From Patescibacteria group bacterium (GTDB taxonomy: Bacteria > Patescibacteriota > Patescibacteriia > 2-02-FULL-49-11), in the NCBI GenBank assembly GCA_041645165.1, contig JBAZQN010000007.1, positions 8,318-72,317 on the forward strand: a stretch of DNA of 64,000 nucleotides, given 5' to 3'. Within the stretch, counting starts at the first letter, position 1, and each line of letters opens with the position of its first letter. Below, in pieces: positions 35,611-45,875 of this stretch. The position numbers were made by a program, and so were the translations under genes. The notes beneath the pieces are model-generated. The model was not told where the DNA came from and made no database searches. It was given only the letters and a program-made list of their open reading frames with translations.

Positions 35611-37076
35611 TACCAGCCATTGATATTGTCGGCGGCAAATGCGTGCGCCTCACGCAGGGCGATTTTGCCAAAAGCACCCTCTACAGCGCGAATCCGGCTG
35701 ATGTCGCGAAAGATTTTGAACGTCAGGGTACGCGATTTCTGCATGTCGTGGATTTGGACGGCGCCAGAACAGGTTTTCCGGTGAATTCGGAAACAATTCT
35801 TTCCATCGCAAAATCGGTCGGCATTCCGATCCAAATCGGAGGAGGAATCCGCTCCTACGATCAGGCACGCGGGTATCTTGAGGGCGGCGTCTCGAAAATC
35901 GTTTTAGGCACCGCGGTTATTGAGAATCCAAAAATGCTAGAGCGCGTGTCCAGGGATTTTGGTAAGTCGCGTGTTACGGTCTCTGTCGACATAAAAGATG
36001 GAAACGCTGCCACTTGCGGGTGGCTGAAAAAGAGCACTGAAACCGCTCCTGCACTCATTGCCGCTCTCAAAAAAATAGGTATTGCGTCCGTGATAGTAAC
36101 CGACACTTCAAAAGACGGCCTGCTCCAGGGTCCGAATTTTGGTTTGACAAAGCTGTTTATTGATGAAGGTTTTGAGACTATCGCGGCCGGAGGCGTGACC
36201 TCTTTATCCGATATTAGGGAGTTTACCAAACTTGGCGCGTATGGCGTTATCGTGGGGAAAGCGATCTATGAAAATAAGATTGATATGCGAAACGCGCAGC
36301 GCGAAGCGGCGTACAAAAGCAGCTTGGCAAAAAGAATAATCCCGTGTTTGGATGTAAAAAATGGACGCGTGGTAAAGGGCACTTATTTTACGAATCTGCG
36401 CGATGCCGGCGATCCCGTTGCATTGGGAAAAAAATATTGCCAGCAAGGAGCCGATGAGCTCATTTTATTGGATATTGCGGCAACGTTAGAAAGCCGCAAA
36501 ACGTTTTGCGATCTGGTATCGGCAATAGCGCGTGAGATAAGCATACCATTTACCGTAGGCGGCGGGATCACCACCATAGAAGACATTCGTAAACTGCTGA
36601 GTGTCGGGGCAGACAAAGTTTCCATCGGGACCGCGGCAGTGAGAAATCCCCGTTTTATCAAAGATGCGGCCGCATATTTTGGTTCGCAATGCATTGTTAT
36701 TTCAATTGACGCAAAAAGGCAGAATGAAGACTTCATAATTTACATAAAGGGCGGGACGGAAAAAACAGAGATGGACGCCGTGGCTTTTTCCAAACAAATG
36801 GCGCAGTATGGCGCCGGCGAGCTTCTGGTAAATAGTTTGGATCGCGACGGGACCCAAAAAGGATTTGATGTTGAGCTGTTAAAAAGAGTTACCGACAGCG
36901 TATCCATACCGGTGATTGCTTCAAGCGGCGCAGGCTCAATGAGGGATTTCTTGACGGTCTTTGAAAAAACAAACGTAGATGCGGCTCTTGGCGCGAGCAT
37001 TTTTCATTCTCAAGAGAAGAGCATCATGGAACTTAAAAGGTTTTTATCCAGCAATAACATACCTATACGCCTATGA
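35601..37076 (+). CDS. hisA: HisA-HisF fusion (ProFAR isomerase plus IGP synthase cyclase subunit)
   Basis: The N-terminal half is HisA-like (LVIPAIDIVGGKCVRL). The C-terminal half is HisF-like (RIIPCLDVKNGRVVKG...). Both are (beta/alpha)8 barrels in one 491-aa ORF. Confidence 0.8.
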   Translation: MLVIPAIDIVGGKCVRLTQGDFAKSTLYSANPADVAKDFERQGTRFLHVVDLDGARTGFPVNSETILSIAKSVGIPIQIGGGIRSYDQARGYLEGGVSKIVLGTAVIENPKMLERVSRDFGKSRVTVSVDIKDGNAATCGWLKKSTETAPALIAALKKIGIASVIVTDTSKDGLLQGPNFGLTKLFIDEGFETIAAGGVTSLSDIREFTKLGAYGVIVGKAIYENKIDMRNAQREAAYKSSLAKRIIPCLDVKNGRVVKGTYFTNLRDAGDPVALGKKYCQQGADELILLDIAATLESRKTFCDLVSAIAREISIPFTVGGGITTIEDIRKLLSVGADKVSIGTAAVRNPRFIKDAAAYFGSQCIVISIDAKRQNEDFIIYIKGGTEKTEMDAVAFSKQMAQYGAGELLVNSLDRDGTQKGFDVELLKRVTDSVSIPVIASSGAGSMRDFLTVFEKTNVDAALGASIFHSQEKSIMELKRFLSSNNIPIRL

Positions 37077-37756
37077 ATACCGTTAAAAATGCGAAAAAAA
37101 ACGTACTAAAACCTGTTCAGGTTAATATCTCTCATGGGGTAGATAAACTCAACACCGAACGATTGGATTTCGAGAAACTTAGCGGGATCATACCTGCTAT
37201 CATTCAAGATGCCGACACCAAGCTCGTGCTTATGCTGGGTTTTATGAATAAAGACGCACTGAACAAAACAATAAAAAACAGAAAGGTGACTTTTTGGAGT
37301 AGGACAAAAAAACGGCTATGGGAAAAAGGGAAATCTTCTGGCAATACGCTTAAGGTGCTCTCCATTGCCACAGATTGCGACCACGACACGCTTTTGATTT
37401 TAACAAAGCCGCAAGGGCCTGTCTGCCACACCGGTGCCTATTCTTGTTTTGGAGTAAAAAAACAAGAGCGATCTGATTTTTTGAAGGAACTCTATGACCT
37501 GATCGCCACAAGGAAAAAAGAATTGCCGATACGTTCTTACACCACCTCTCTTTTTAACCAAGGGCTGGGTAAAATACTGAAAAAGGTTAAGGAAGAATCC
37601 GGTGAAGTAATACAGGCTGCGAAAAAAGAGTCAAAAACACGGCTCATCGAAGAAAGTGCCGATCTCGTCTATCACTTATGGGTGCTGTTGGCTGAAAAAA
37701 ACATCTCAATCTGCGATCTCCTTACTGAACTCAAACGCAGAAGAAAAGGCGGTTAA
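37073..37756 (+). CDS. hisI: bifunctional phosphoribosyl-AMP cyclohydrolase / phosphoribosyl-ATP pyrophosphatase
   Basis: HisI core (TFWSRTKKRLWEKGKSSGNTLKV...CDHDTLL) plus a C-terminal HisE/MazG-like domain (KILKKVKEESGEVIQAAK). Confidence 0.8.
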   Translation: MNTVKNAKKNVLKPVQVNISHGVDKLNTERLDFEKLSGIIPAIIQDADTKLVLMLGFMNKDALNKTIKNRKVTFWSRTKKRLWEKGKSSGNTLKVLSIATDCDHDTLLILTKPQGPVCHTGAYSCFGVKKQERSDFLKELYDLIATRKKELPIRSYTTSLFNQGLGKILKKVKEESGEVIQAAKKESKTRLIEESADLVYHLWVLLAEKNISICDLLTELKRRRKGG

Positions 37757-37878
37757 ACCCGTTCCCGCTCCCCTACCACCATATAAAAGAGCGTCGGGAT
37801 GATAAAGAGCGTGAAAAAGGAATAAAACAAAAATCCTATCTCAAAGGACAGGGTGATTTCAAATATGGAAGCGACGTG

Positions 37879-37904
37879 GTGGCAGATAAACTGCCACGCT
37901 ACAG
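37879..37904. repeat. inverted copy of the 26-bp element at 17486-17511
   Basis: gtggcagataaactgccacgctacag. Confidence 0.8.
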
Positions 37905-37927
37905 TCGATTGCATTTCTCGCCGTATG

Positions 37928-37975
37928 CCCGCCTGCCAACCCGCCCACAGATACGCAGTTGCTGGCGGGGGCAGG
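37928..37975. repeat. truncated third copy of the MITE-like element (cccgcctgccaacccgcccacag...gctggcgggggcagg)
   Basis: It shares both terminal motifs with 14429-14530 and 16108-16207 but has a much shorter interior. Confidence 0.5.
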
Positions 37976-38111
37976 TAGCTTCGGAACTTGTCTCCGACTT
38001 CACGTTCGTAGCGTCAGAGCTAGTCTCTGACTTCGTGTGGCAGGCATCCCAGTCATTCGACGGGACAAGAGCTGCCACACTACATTGTCCGTGTGCGTCA
38101 GCGTTTGTGTA

Positions 38112-40871
38112 TCAGGCGGCGCTCATTTTCGCAAATGCGATAAACAAAAGCGTGAACACGGCGGTCATAATAAAGGGCGCAAAATCGGAGAGATAGTCGC
38201 GCCGTGCTAATTGAAACCGTTTCAAAAGGAGCGAATTGGTAACGACCGAAACCGAGCTTAATGCCATCGCAAGGCCCGCAAGCTCCGGCTTGAGCGACAA
38301 GCCGATCCCTATGAATATCCGCGCCGCAACGGGAATACCGATGACGTTATAAAACAGGGCGAAGAACATGTTCTGTTTTACCTTGCTCATGGTCACGCGG
38401 CTTAAACGGATGGCATGCGCCACATCTTGCAGGTCATTCTTGATAATCACGACGCCGCCCGCTTCCATCGCCACATCAGTGCCGCTCCCCATGGCAATGC
38501 CCACATCCGCCTGTGCGAGCGCGGGCGAGTCATTGATGCCGTCGCCCACCATGGCGACCCTGCTCGCGCGCACGCGCCCCCGCCGATCCGTCTGGGGCAC
38601 GAGTTGGAGCTTCTTCACTGCTTCTGCTTTTTCGTGCGGCAATACCTCCGCTAAAATATTCTGTTCGGGAATGCCGAGTTGTTTGCCTATTGCCAAGGCA
38701 GTACGGCGATTGTCTCCCGTTATCATATAAATGGAAATCTTTGCATCTTTAAGCATGGACAGTGCGGCAAGCGACGTATCTTTGATCGTATCGGATACCG
38801 CAATAATGCCCAGCACTTTGTCTCTGCGCGCGAGCAGCATCGCGGTTTTGCCCGCAGTCTCAAGGCGCTCTACTCTGCGGCTAATTATTTCTAAGTTATG
38901 CCCCAACCCTGCCATAAGCGCGCGATTGCCAAAGAAATATTCTTGGCCTGCCACAGACCCTGAAACGCCCTTGCCGGGAATCGCTTTAAAATTCTCGACT
39001 TCTTGCATCTGCGCGCGTTCGGCTTCCGCGTAGGCGGTAATGCTCTCTGCAAGCGAGTGTTCAGAGCCTTTTTCAAGGCTGCCGGCAATCCCCAACAGTT
39101 CGTCTTCCCCTATCTCGCTTACTGAGACAAGGTCAGTTACTTCAGGAGTTCCTTTCGTGAGCGTGCCTGTTTTATCAAAGAGCACCGCATCAATTTTTGA
39201 AAGCGCTTCCAAGGGCTCCCCTCCTTTAATCAGTATGCCGAACTCCGCGCCCTTGCCGGTCCCCACCATCACCGCCGTCGGCGTGCCAAGGCCGAGCGCG
39301 CAGGGACACGCAATCACAATCACTGACACGAAGGTAAGGAGCGCGAACGTGAGAGAGGCACCTAGGGCAAAATACCATACCAGGAAAGAGAGGAGCGCCA
39401 AACCGATCACCGCAGGGACAAACCATGCGGAAATCCGGTCTGCATACGCCTGGATCGGCGCCTTTGACCCTTGCGCGTCTTCAATAAGCTGGATGATGTG
39501 TGAAAGAACCGTATCCGCGCCCACTTTCGAAGCGCGAAATTCAAAACTGCCGAGCTTGTTCATGGTCGCGCCGATGACCGTATCGCCCTCTTTCTTTTCC
39601 ACCGGCATGCTTTCGCCCGTGAGCATGGACTCGTCAACGGCAGAATACCCTTTGGTGATCACGCCATCGACAGGAATCTTCTCGCCCGGGCGCACCACCA
39701 CCGTATCGCCTGCCACGACCTCTTCCACGGGAATGTCCATAGCGGTTCCTTGGCGCAATACCCGGGCGGTTTTCGCCTGTAATCCCATGAGTTTCTTGAT
39801 CGCATCGCTGGTGCGGCCTTTCGCGCGCGCTTCCAGCCACTTCCCCATGAGCACGAAGGTAATGAGCAACACGCCGATTTCGAAATAGAGATTAGGAATC
39901 TTCTCGCCCAAAAGCGCCCACACAGAACCCGTGGCGAGCCAAAAGCGGACAAACTCGTAAAGGCTGTAGAAAAATGCGGTGCTCGTGCCGATCGCGATGA
40001 GGCTGTCCATGTTAAACGTGCCCATGCGCAGGCTAGACCACATGCCGCGGTAAAAACCCGCGCCGAGGATGAATTGCGCCGGCAGCGCCAGCATGAGAGA
40101 AATGGCGCCAATGGCAGGAAGGATCTGCTCACGGAAGGGAAGGCGGGAAGAAAAATCAAGCGCCATGAAATAGACGAGCGGCACGCTCAATATCACGCCA
40201 AAGATAAACTTGTCACGGTACGCGCGAATTTCCTTCTCGCGCTTTTTCCTATCAAATTCCTGGTCTTTGGGATTGCTTATCTCCGCCTTATATCCCGCGG
40301 CCTTCACCGCATCCTTTATCTTCTCCTCATTGAGCTTCCCCGCATCAAACACCACGCGCGCTTTTTCGGCGCCATAATTCACATGCGCCTCCCTGACCCC
40401 GGGAACTTTCCTTAATTTGCGCTCAATAAGATTCGCGCAGCTTGTGCAGTGCATGCCATAGATATTGAAACTTGCGCGCCTCTCTCCCTGTGCTCCTGCT
40501 GCCTGCGGCGCAGCCTGTGCGGGCTCTCCTTGCTCGCCTTCGCCTAAAGGCTTCGGCGAAGCAGGCCCGCCTTGCGGCAGGCCCGGCGAAGCAGGCTCAT
40601 ACGCGCTTAATCGTTCCAAAAGGGAGCTCATGGGCCGCAGCGTCTTCTGCAAAAATGAAGCAAATTCCTCTGCGTCCTGCTTGCCTTCCGGAAACTCTAT
40701 GGAACCATTTTTTTGCACCTCAATTTTCCCCACGAACTGGGGCGACTGGTCCTCTGAATGCCGTAAATTCCCTTCAGCGTGAATCGTGCTCTCAATGTGG
40801 AGCTTGAACGCGTGCGGGTCTTTTTGCGGCTTTAAATCCATGGGATGAGCCGCGCCATTTGAGGTATCCAT
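38112..40871 (-). CDS. copA: copper-translocating P1B-type ATPase
   Basis: HMA domain ([12 protein letters not shown]), CPC in TM6 ([15 protein letters not shown]), DKTGTLT, and the [10 protein letters not shown] hinge. The internal ATG (MDTSNG) is preferred so that it does not overlap copZ. Confidence 0.85.
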   Translation of the reverse strand: MDTSNGAAHPMDLKPQKDPHAFKLHIESTIHAEGNLRHSEDQSPQFVGKIEVQKNGSIEFPEGKQDAEEFASFLQKTLRPMSSLLERLSAYEPASPGLPQGGPASPKPLGEGEQGEPAQAAPQAAGAQGERRASFNIYGMHCTSCANLIERKLRKVPGVREAHVNYGAEKARVVFDAGKLNEEKIKDAVKAAGYKAEISNPKDQEFDRKKREKEIRAYRDKFIFGVILSVPLVYFMALDFSSRLPFREQILPAIGAISLMLALPAQFILGAGFYRGMWSSLRMGTFNMDSLIAIGTSTAFFYSLYEFVRFWLATGSVWALLGEKIPNLYFEIGVLLITFVLMGKWLEARAKGRTSDAIKKLMGLQAKTARVLRQGTAMDIPVEEVVAGDTVVVRPGEKIPVDGVITKGYSAVDESMLTGESMPVEKKEGDTVIGATMNKLGSFEFRASKVGADTVLSHIIQLIEDAQGSKAPIQAYADRISAWFVPAVIGLALLSFLVWYFALGASLTFALLTFVSVIVIACPCALGLGTPTAVMVGTGKGAEFGILIKGGEPLEALSKIDAVLFDKTGTLTKGTPEVTDLVSVSEIGEDELLGIAGSLEKGSEHSLAESITAYAEAERAQMQEVENFKAIPGKGVSGSVAGQEYFFGNRALMAGLGHNLEIISRRVERLETAGKTAMLLARRDKVLGIIAVSDTIKDTSLAALSMLKDAKISIYMITGDNRRTALAIGKQLGIPEQNILAEVLPHEKAEAVKKLQLVPQTDRRGRVRASRVAMVGDGINDSPALAQADVGIAMGSGTDVAMEAGGVVIIKNDLQDVAHAIRLSRVTMSKVKQNMFFALFYNVIGIPVAARIFIGIGLSLKPELAGLAMALSSVSVVTNSLLLKRFQLARRDYLSDFAPFIMTAVFTLLFIAFAKMSAA

Positions 40872-40878
40872 ATATTTA

Positions 40879-41097
40879 TTATGATAAAACGCCTTCGAGC
40901 GTATACGCGCCGAGCGATTCAATCTCTTTCTTTAAACGCTGCCAATCCAGATTCTCTTCGTGTTCAACCACCGTCTTCCCGGTGATAAAATCCACGGTGC
41001 ACGCGCGCACCCCCGGCACGTCGCGGCAGGCATCTTCGATGAGCGCTTTGCACGATGCGCAATGTGTCCCTTTGATGGTAATGGTCGAGGTAGCCAT
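40879..41097 (-). CDS. copZ: copper chaperone CopZ-like HMA domain protein
   Basis: 72 aa. [12 protein letters not shown] (MxCxxC). Confidence 0.7.
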   Translation of the reverse strand: MATSTITIKGTHCASCKALIEDACRDVPGVRACTVDFITGKTVVEHEENLDWQRLKKEIESLGAYTLEGVLS

Positions 41098-41139
41098 ACT
41101 TGATTTATTAAAGTTGCTAAATAAATTATGTTAAGTCTC

Positions 41140-41808
41140 TCATTTTATAAGCCATACAATAAGCAAAAGGCCAGAAATAATCATGGAGAGCGCCATGATG
41201 AGCTTCACCGACGAAAAGGTGCGGGTATGCAGCTGTTGGCAGTACTGGAAAACAGCCTTGTTGCTCACCGAAACAAACAGCACGACGAGCGGAAGGACAA
41301 ACATGAAATTATACACAAGCAAATACCCCACTCCGCGCCAAAACGTCTCCTTGATGCTCAACAGGCTCACCGTGGCCAGATACACGCCGCCAGAACAGGG
41401 AAATTCACAGATACCCACCAACACCCCCAAGGTGATCGCTGACATGATGGTAATCTCCGGTTTCCATTTTGGAATTCGGCAGCGATTGAAGAACGAGGAG
41501 AGAAACGGTATCCGCACACGCGGCCATACATACTCCTTAAGGTGGAAAATCCCCAACGCGAGTATGAGGATCGCGGCTGCCCAGCCGAAGAAATCATGAA
41601 CGCCGAAGAGGTGCGCTACTTTCAGGATCCCCAGCCCTATGAGGAAATAGGTGACATAGGTGGCGGCGATATAGAAGAGGCCGAAACTTATAAAAAGCCT
41701 TTTCTCCAGCTTCAAGGAAAGCATCATCGCCAAATAGAACAGGAGCACGCCCACTGCGCAGGGATTGAATGAATCTATAAGGCCATTTATTAAAACAAGA
41801 GGAAGCAT
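41140..41808 (-). CDS. ccdA: CcdA/DsbD-family thiol-disulfide transporter (cytochrome c biogenesis protein transmembrane region)
   Basis: Six TM helices. DSFNPCAVGVL and CEFPCSGG Cys motifs. Confidence 0.7.
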   Translation of the reverse strand: MLPLVLINGLIDSFNPCAVGVLLFYLAMMLSLKLEKRLFISFGLFYIAATYVTYFLIGLGILKVAHLFGVHDFFGWAAAILILALGIFHLKEYVWPRVRIPFLSSFFNRCRIPKWKPEITIMSAITLGVLVGICEFPCSGGVYLATVSLLSIKETFWRGVGYLLVYNFMFVLPLVVLFVSVSNKAVFQYCQQLHTRTFSSVKLIMALSMIISGLLLIVWLIK

Positions 41809-41941
41809 ACATTAAGATAAGCATTTCGTGGCGTATACTGGCGTTATGCTGGCGTAAACTGGCTTCTATACCCCATAGATGCGGAAGAACGCAGATAATT
41901 ACGCAGAATAACGCAGAAATTAAAAACTCCGGTACGATAAA

Positions 41942-42439
41942 TTATTCGACATCTGCGGTGAATTTCAGGTTCACCAAGGGTCTCAAAGGGTCATTCGTCC
42001 TGAAAACCACCTCCCGCGTGACACGACCTTTTACCGGCATGATCGAAGGCTGATAGGTGACTCTTACCACTGCTTCGCCGCGAGGCGATATTTCCCCGCG
42101 CCATTGCGGGTTGCGATGCATGGAAAACCGAGGGCTTTCCCTCCCGCCGATGATAAACTGCGCAAACGTGCAATCGCATGAGGTGATCACATCATTGATG
42201 ACGAGCGGCTTCTCGCCCCGATTTGTTAATCGTATCTCTTTGACTTTTGTTTCTTCCAATTTCATGGTACCAAAATCAAATACGGTTTCATCTATGAGCA
42301 AGCGGGGAGCGGGGCTCTCTTGGGTTGTGTACTGGGGAATAGGGGCTCCCCGCTGGCTGAGCGCTGCAGCGAGCACGCCGCCCATGACCATAATAATCAA
42401 TATGATAATGCCGGCCATGATAGGATCAATCTTCTTCAT
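41942..42439 (-). CDS. DUF1573 domain protein (membrane-anchored)
   Basis: PLVINDVITSCDCTFA matches the DUF1573 SCGCT-type motif. Start taken at the internal MKKIDP. Confidence 0.55.
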   Translation of the reverse strand: MKKIDPIMAGIIILIIMVMGGVLAAALSQRGAPIPQYTTQESPAPRLLIDETVFDFGTMKLEETKVKEIRLTNRGEKPLVINDVITSCDCTFAQFIIGGRESPRFSMHRNPQWRGEISPRGEAVVRVTYQPSIMPVKGRVTREVVFRTNDPLRPLVNLKFTADVE

Positions 42440-42440
42440 A

Positions 42441-43472
42441 TCACTCTTTCTTAAGCAGGCCATCAATAATTTGCTGGAACGCCTCATAGGGAAGGGCGCC
42501 GCTTACCAGCTGGCCGTTCACAAACGTCGCGGGAGTGCCGTTCACCCCTTTGCGCTGCCCTTCATCAAAATCACTCTGGACCTTTGATGCGTATTTTCCC
42601 GCATCGAGACAGCTATTAAATTGCGCTGCGTTAAGCCCCGTATCTTGCGCCCATTTCTTAAATTTATCCAGGCTGTAACCGCTTGGCTGGTTTTCGAAAA
42701 GGATGTCGTGATACTCCCAAAATTTCCCTTGCTCGTCGGCGCACTCTGACGCTTCAGCGGCCTTCTGCGCATTGGGATGGAAACTTAAGGGAAAGTGCTT
42801 ATATACAAGCCTTACTTTTCCCGCATAATCGCTTAATATCTTTTTCAGGGTGGGATAATGCCGCTCGCAAAAAGGGCATTCAAAATCAGAAAACTCAACA
42901 AACGTAATAGGCGCGTCGAACTCTCCCCGCACATGATTATCCTCTGCGACCTCAAACGTCTGCAGGGGAAGCGGATTATTCGCGGGCGCGGGGGCAGGCG
43001 GAAGGATGGCGCCTGCCGCTTGCTTATTTTGCGCCTGTACGGCTTTTTGTCCCTGCGCTGTGTCATTTGTCCGCGATGCGCGGAGAAGCTTTACTCCCAA
43101 TACCACATTGAGAGACAGAGAAAGCAGAGAGACGCCCGTGAGAAAACCAAGGAGGAATGGCGCTTTCCCATTACGCGCGGGGATAAACACGCGCTGCGAG
43201 GGCGCAGATTTTGTCTCTTTCATTTCTTCCTTCACTTCCCTTATCATCTCCACCGCATAATCCCCCGCTCCCCTTACCGTTTTTTCAATATCCTGTTCGC
43301 TGATTTTGCTCTCGTCATACACCACCGCAAGCTTCTGGGATTCGTGGTTCGCTTTCGCTCTTACGACCCCTTCCTTTTTCCCTAAAAGATCCTCGAGAGC
43401 GTCAGCGTTCGCGCTCCCGCGCATGCCTGCCTGTGCAGACAGGCCTTTGATATGGAATGTTGCTTTTTTCAT
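42441..43472 (-). CDS. DsbA-family thiol:disulfide oxidoreductase with an N-terminal HMA-like (Cys-less) domain
   Basis: The N-terminal ferredoxin-like ATFHIKGLSAQAGMRGSANADALEDL segment lacks CxxC. It is followed by a TM segment and a thioredoxin-fold domain with CPFC. Confidence 0.6.
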   Translation of the reverse strand: MKKATFHIKGLSAQAGMRGSANADALEDLLGKKEGVVRAKANHESQKLAVVYDESKISEQDIEKTVRGAGDYAVEMIREVKEEMKETKSAPSQRVFIPARNGKAPFLLGFLTGVSLLSLSLNVVLGVKLLRASRTNDTAQGQKAVQAQNKQAAGAILPPAPAPANNPLPLQTFEVAEDNHVRGEFDAPITFVEFSDFECPFCERHYPTLKKILSDYAGKVRLVYKHFPLSFHPNAQKAAEASECADEQGKFWEYHDILFENQPSGYSLDKFKKWAQDTGLNAAQFNSCLDAGKYASKVQSDFDEGQRKGVNGTPATFVNGQLVSGALPYEAFQQIIDGLLKKE

Positions 43473-43695
43473 AGGTGGAATATAAACATGATAATTGTAT
43501 TCATTCGCGAGGGCGTGTCACAGTTCGCCGTGAGGATTGTCTGAGGCAGTCCCGATAAGCTATTGACTGATGAGGATTGGAGGCTTATCGGGACGGTCTC
43601 CCGACCGCGTCGGGAGAGCCGAGTTCCGCAACAAGAACTGGGGTGCGCTCGAGCAGAATAGTACCAATTCATAGTGTAAAATTAATATTAATCTT

Positions 43696-45432
43696 CTATT
43701 GAGGGACCCCGCAGCTGCCGCTTCCCCCGCCTCCGCAGCCGCATCCGCTCGCGCCTGAAGGCACCGGGGAATTATCGCTCAAAGCCGCGCCAGAAAGAGT
43801 GGGGGCGTCCGCGCGGTCAGCGCTCACCGCTTCGATAACGCCAGAAATCATGCCCATCCAGCAGCTGAATTTATATTTCCCGGCTTTGGGCACCGTGAAT
43901 TCCTTAACCGATGTCGTGCCGGGAGTAAGGTCTATCTGCCCGCTAAACAAGCCGCGCGCGAGCACCGCATTGGTGCAGCCGCTGGTGCCCGTATCAGTAA
44001 TCTCCCACCTCACGGGCACGCCTGCCCTCACCTTGAAATAGTTAGGCTTATACCCTTGCGAGGACGCTTCCATCTTGATAACCTGCACGCCGTTTACCAT
44101 GGCGGGAAGGTCTTTATCGTCTGTCTTCGCGGCGCCGTTCGTAGCGGAAGTGGCCGCTTTAAGCGAGAAATTACTTAATGAGGGAGCTCCCAGCGCGTTT
44201 AACTGCGAATTAATATTGAAGAGAGCGAAAAAGAGCACCACCACTCCCGCGACCTTAAGGAAGGAGCTCGACAGATGCGGCCTTGAAGCAAATGTGACGC
44301 TCGAGAGGCCAATCATGAGGAGAGGCAGTGCGGTGCCCAAGGCAAACGAGAACATGATAAGCCCGCCTTGAAGAGCGCTGCCGGAGAGGAGCGCCAATCC
44401 CTGCGCGGTGATGGTAAATCCGCAGGGAAGGAAAAAAGTAAACGCGCCCATCAAGGATGGGAGGAAACGCCCTTTAAATTTCGATTCGTCCGCAATGCGC
44501 CGGGTAATGGATTTTGGCAAAGTAAACTGGAATTTCTGAAATGCCTTGACTCCCAGCATTTGGAGGCCCAAAAGCAGCATGAATCCTGAAACGCCAATCA
44601 CGAGCAAGGAGCTAAAGGTTAAGGAAATTCTCAACTGGCTCCCCACGGCCCCGAGCACCGCGCCGAAAAAGGCGTAGGAAGCCATCCGTCCCGCGTTGAA
44701 AAGGAGATGCGGCTGGAGTTTAGAGATGAGCGTTGCCTCGCGCGCGTAAAGCTCATGCCACTGTTTCGACATTGACAGGATGATGCCGCCTACCAAGGCC
44801 GCGCAGGTGGAAAGGCCCGCAAGCAACCCGAGGAGAAAAAAAGAAGGCAGGGATGAACGCGCGCTCACATTGACGAGGGCGCCGATACCTAACTTATTAA
44901 ACAGTATGAAAACGGCAATAATGGCAAGAGAAATGCCGATAACCGCACCCGCATTGCTCTTCTTTTGAACCTCGGCTTCGCGGGTTGGATGGTTAAAAAA
45001 CCGATATCCATCTTGCTTAAATAATTGATCCAACTCTGCGATATTTGGTTTTTTGTCTCGGTATTCTATTACTACCTCTCCCTTATTGGTTGAGGCTTCG
45101 ACTGATCGTATGCCATCCAATTTAAGCAGCTTTTTTTCTATAAGCACTTCGCAGCTCGCGCAGTGCATGCCTTTAACATAATAGGTGTGCTCTTGCGTTA
45201 GTTGAGCGCTCTGCGCAGGGTCTGCTATGACGCGGTAGCCAAGGCTCCTCAAAGCCTGAATAATTTCATCCTGCGCGATACTCTCTTTGTCAAATTCGAC
45301 AGACGCCTCTCCTGTCTGCTCATTGACGAGTACGCTCTGCACGCCTGCCAGCACCTCAATTTCTGTTTCAATGCGTATTTTATCATCAATGGATTCCACG
45401 CCCTCAAGATGAACCTTTATAGTATGGAACAT
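43696..45432 (-). CDS. two HMA domains, a DsbD_2-type transmembrane domain and a C-terminal cupredoxin-like domain with a Gly/Cys-rich tail
   Basis: YYVKGMHCASCEVLIE (MxCxxC), membrane Cys motifs LAGLSTCAAL and FFLPCGFT, the C-terminal beta-sandwich FKVRAGVPVRWEITDTGTSGCTNA...FSCWMGMISGVIE, and the tail GCGCGGGGSGSCG. Confidence 0.55.
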   Translation of the reverse strand: MFHTIKVHLEGVESIDDKIRIETEIEVLAGVQSVLVNEQTGEASVEFDKESIAQDEIIQALRSLGYRVIADPAQSAQLTQEHTYYVKGMHCASCEVLIEKKLLKLDGIRSVEASTNKGEVVIEYRDKKPNIAELDQLFKQDGYRFFNHPTREAEVQKKSNAGAVIGISLAIIAVFILFNKLGIGALVNVSARSSLPSFFLLGLLAGLSTCAALVGGIILSMSKQWHELYAREATLISKLQPHLLFNAGRMASYAFFGAVLGAVGSQLRISLTFSSLLVIGVSGFMLLLGLQMLGVKAFQKFQFTLPKSITRRIADESKFKGRFLPSLMGAFTFFLPCGFTITAQGLALLSGSALQGGLIMFSFALGTALPLLMIGLSSVTFASRPHLSSSFLKVAGVVVLFFALFNINSQLNALGAPSLSNFSLKAATSATNGAAKTDDKDLPAMVNGVQVIKMEASSQGYKPNYFKVRAGVPVRWEITDTGTSGCTNAVLARGLFSGQIDLTPGTTSVKEFTVPKAGKYKFSCWMGMISGVIEAVSADRADAPTLSGAALSDNSPVPSGASGCGCGGGGSGSCGVPQ

Positions 45433-45470
45433 AAGATTATGGTATCCCGCGCGATATGCGCGGGTGCAGT

Positions 45471-45785
45471 TTATTTGTTAAACAACTTGGTCACCTTTAA
45501 TATTTCCTGGGTCATCTCCTGCTTCCTCTTCTCGTTTTTTGTCACCATCGCGGTCTTAAAACAAGAGTTGAGATGATTCTCCATCAGCATCTGGTGGGCG
45601 GACTTTAAAAGCCCCACCACCGCTAAATTCTGCTGCATGACGTCGATGCAGTAATGGTTGCCCTCGACCATCTGGATGATCTTTGATAAAAGGCTGTGGG
45701 CTTTTTTGAAATTAATCAGGGTCTTCTCTTTGTGGCTTTTCATAGGTGTAGCGATTACGTGGGTATATAGAGTATTAAAAGGCAA
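45471..45785 (-). CDS. csoR: CsoR/RcnR-family metal-sensing transcriptional repressor
   Basis: HYCIDVMQQ...HQ...HL...C residues in the CsoR W-X-Y-Z positions. Confidence 0.7.
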   Translation of the reverse strand: MPFNTLYTHVIATPMKSHKEKTLINFKKAHSLLSKIIQMVEGNHYCIDVMQQNLAVVGLLKSAHQMLMENHLNSCFKTAMVTKNEKRKQEMTQEILKVTKLFNK

Positions 45786-45875
45786 ATGCTATACCTATAC
45801 CCCAGGTATAGGTCTATCCCACAGGATAGCAAATCACCGTAGTGCTGTCAATAACCCACAAAGGAGAACACGAGA

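Noticed and set aside
17486-37904. 20-kb segment bounded by the inverted 26-mers as a composite transposon
   Set aside because: The interior is housekeeping (HU, his operon, efflux pump) with no transposase. Dispersed small repeats are a better explanation.
39040-39888. 282-aa plus-strand ORF
   Set aside because: It is antisense within copA, whose product has all P1B-ATPase motifs. The antisense product is Ser/Pro/Ala-rich.
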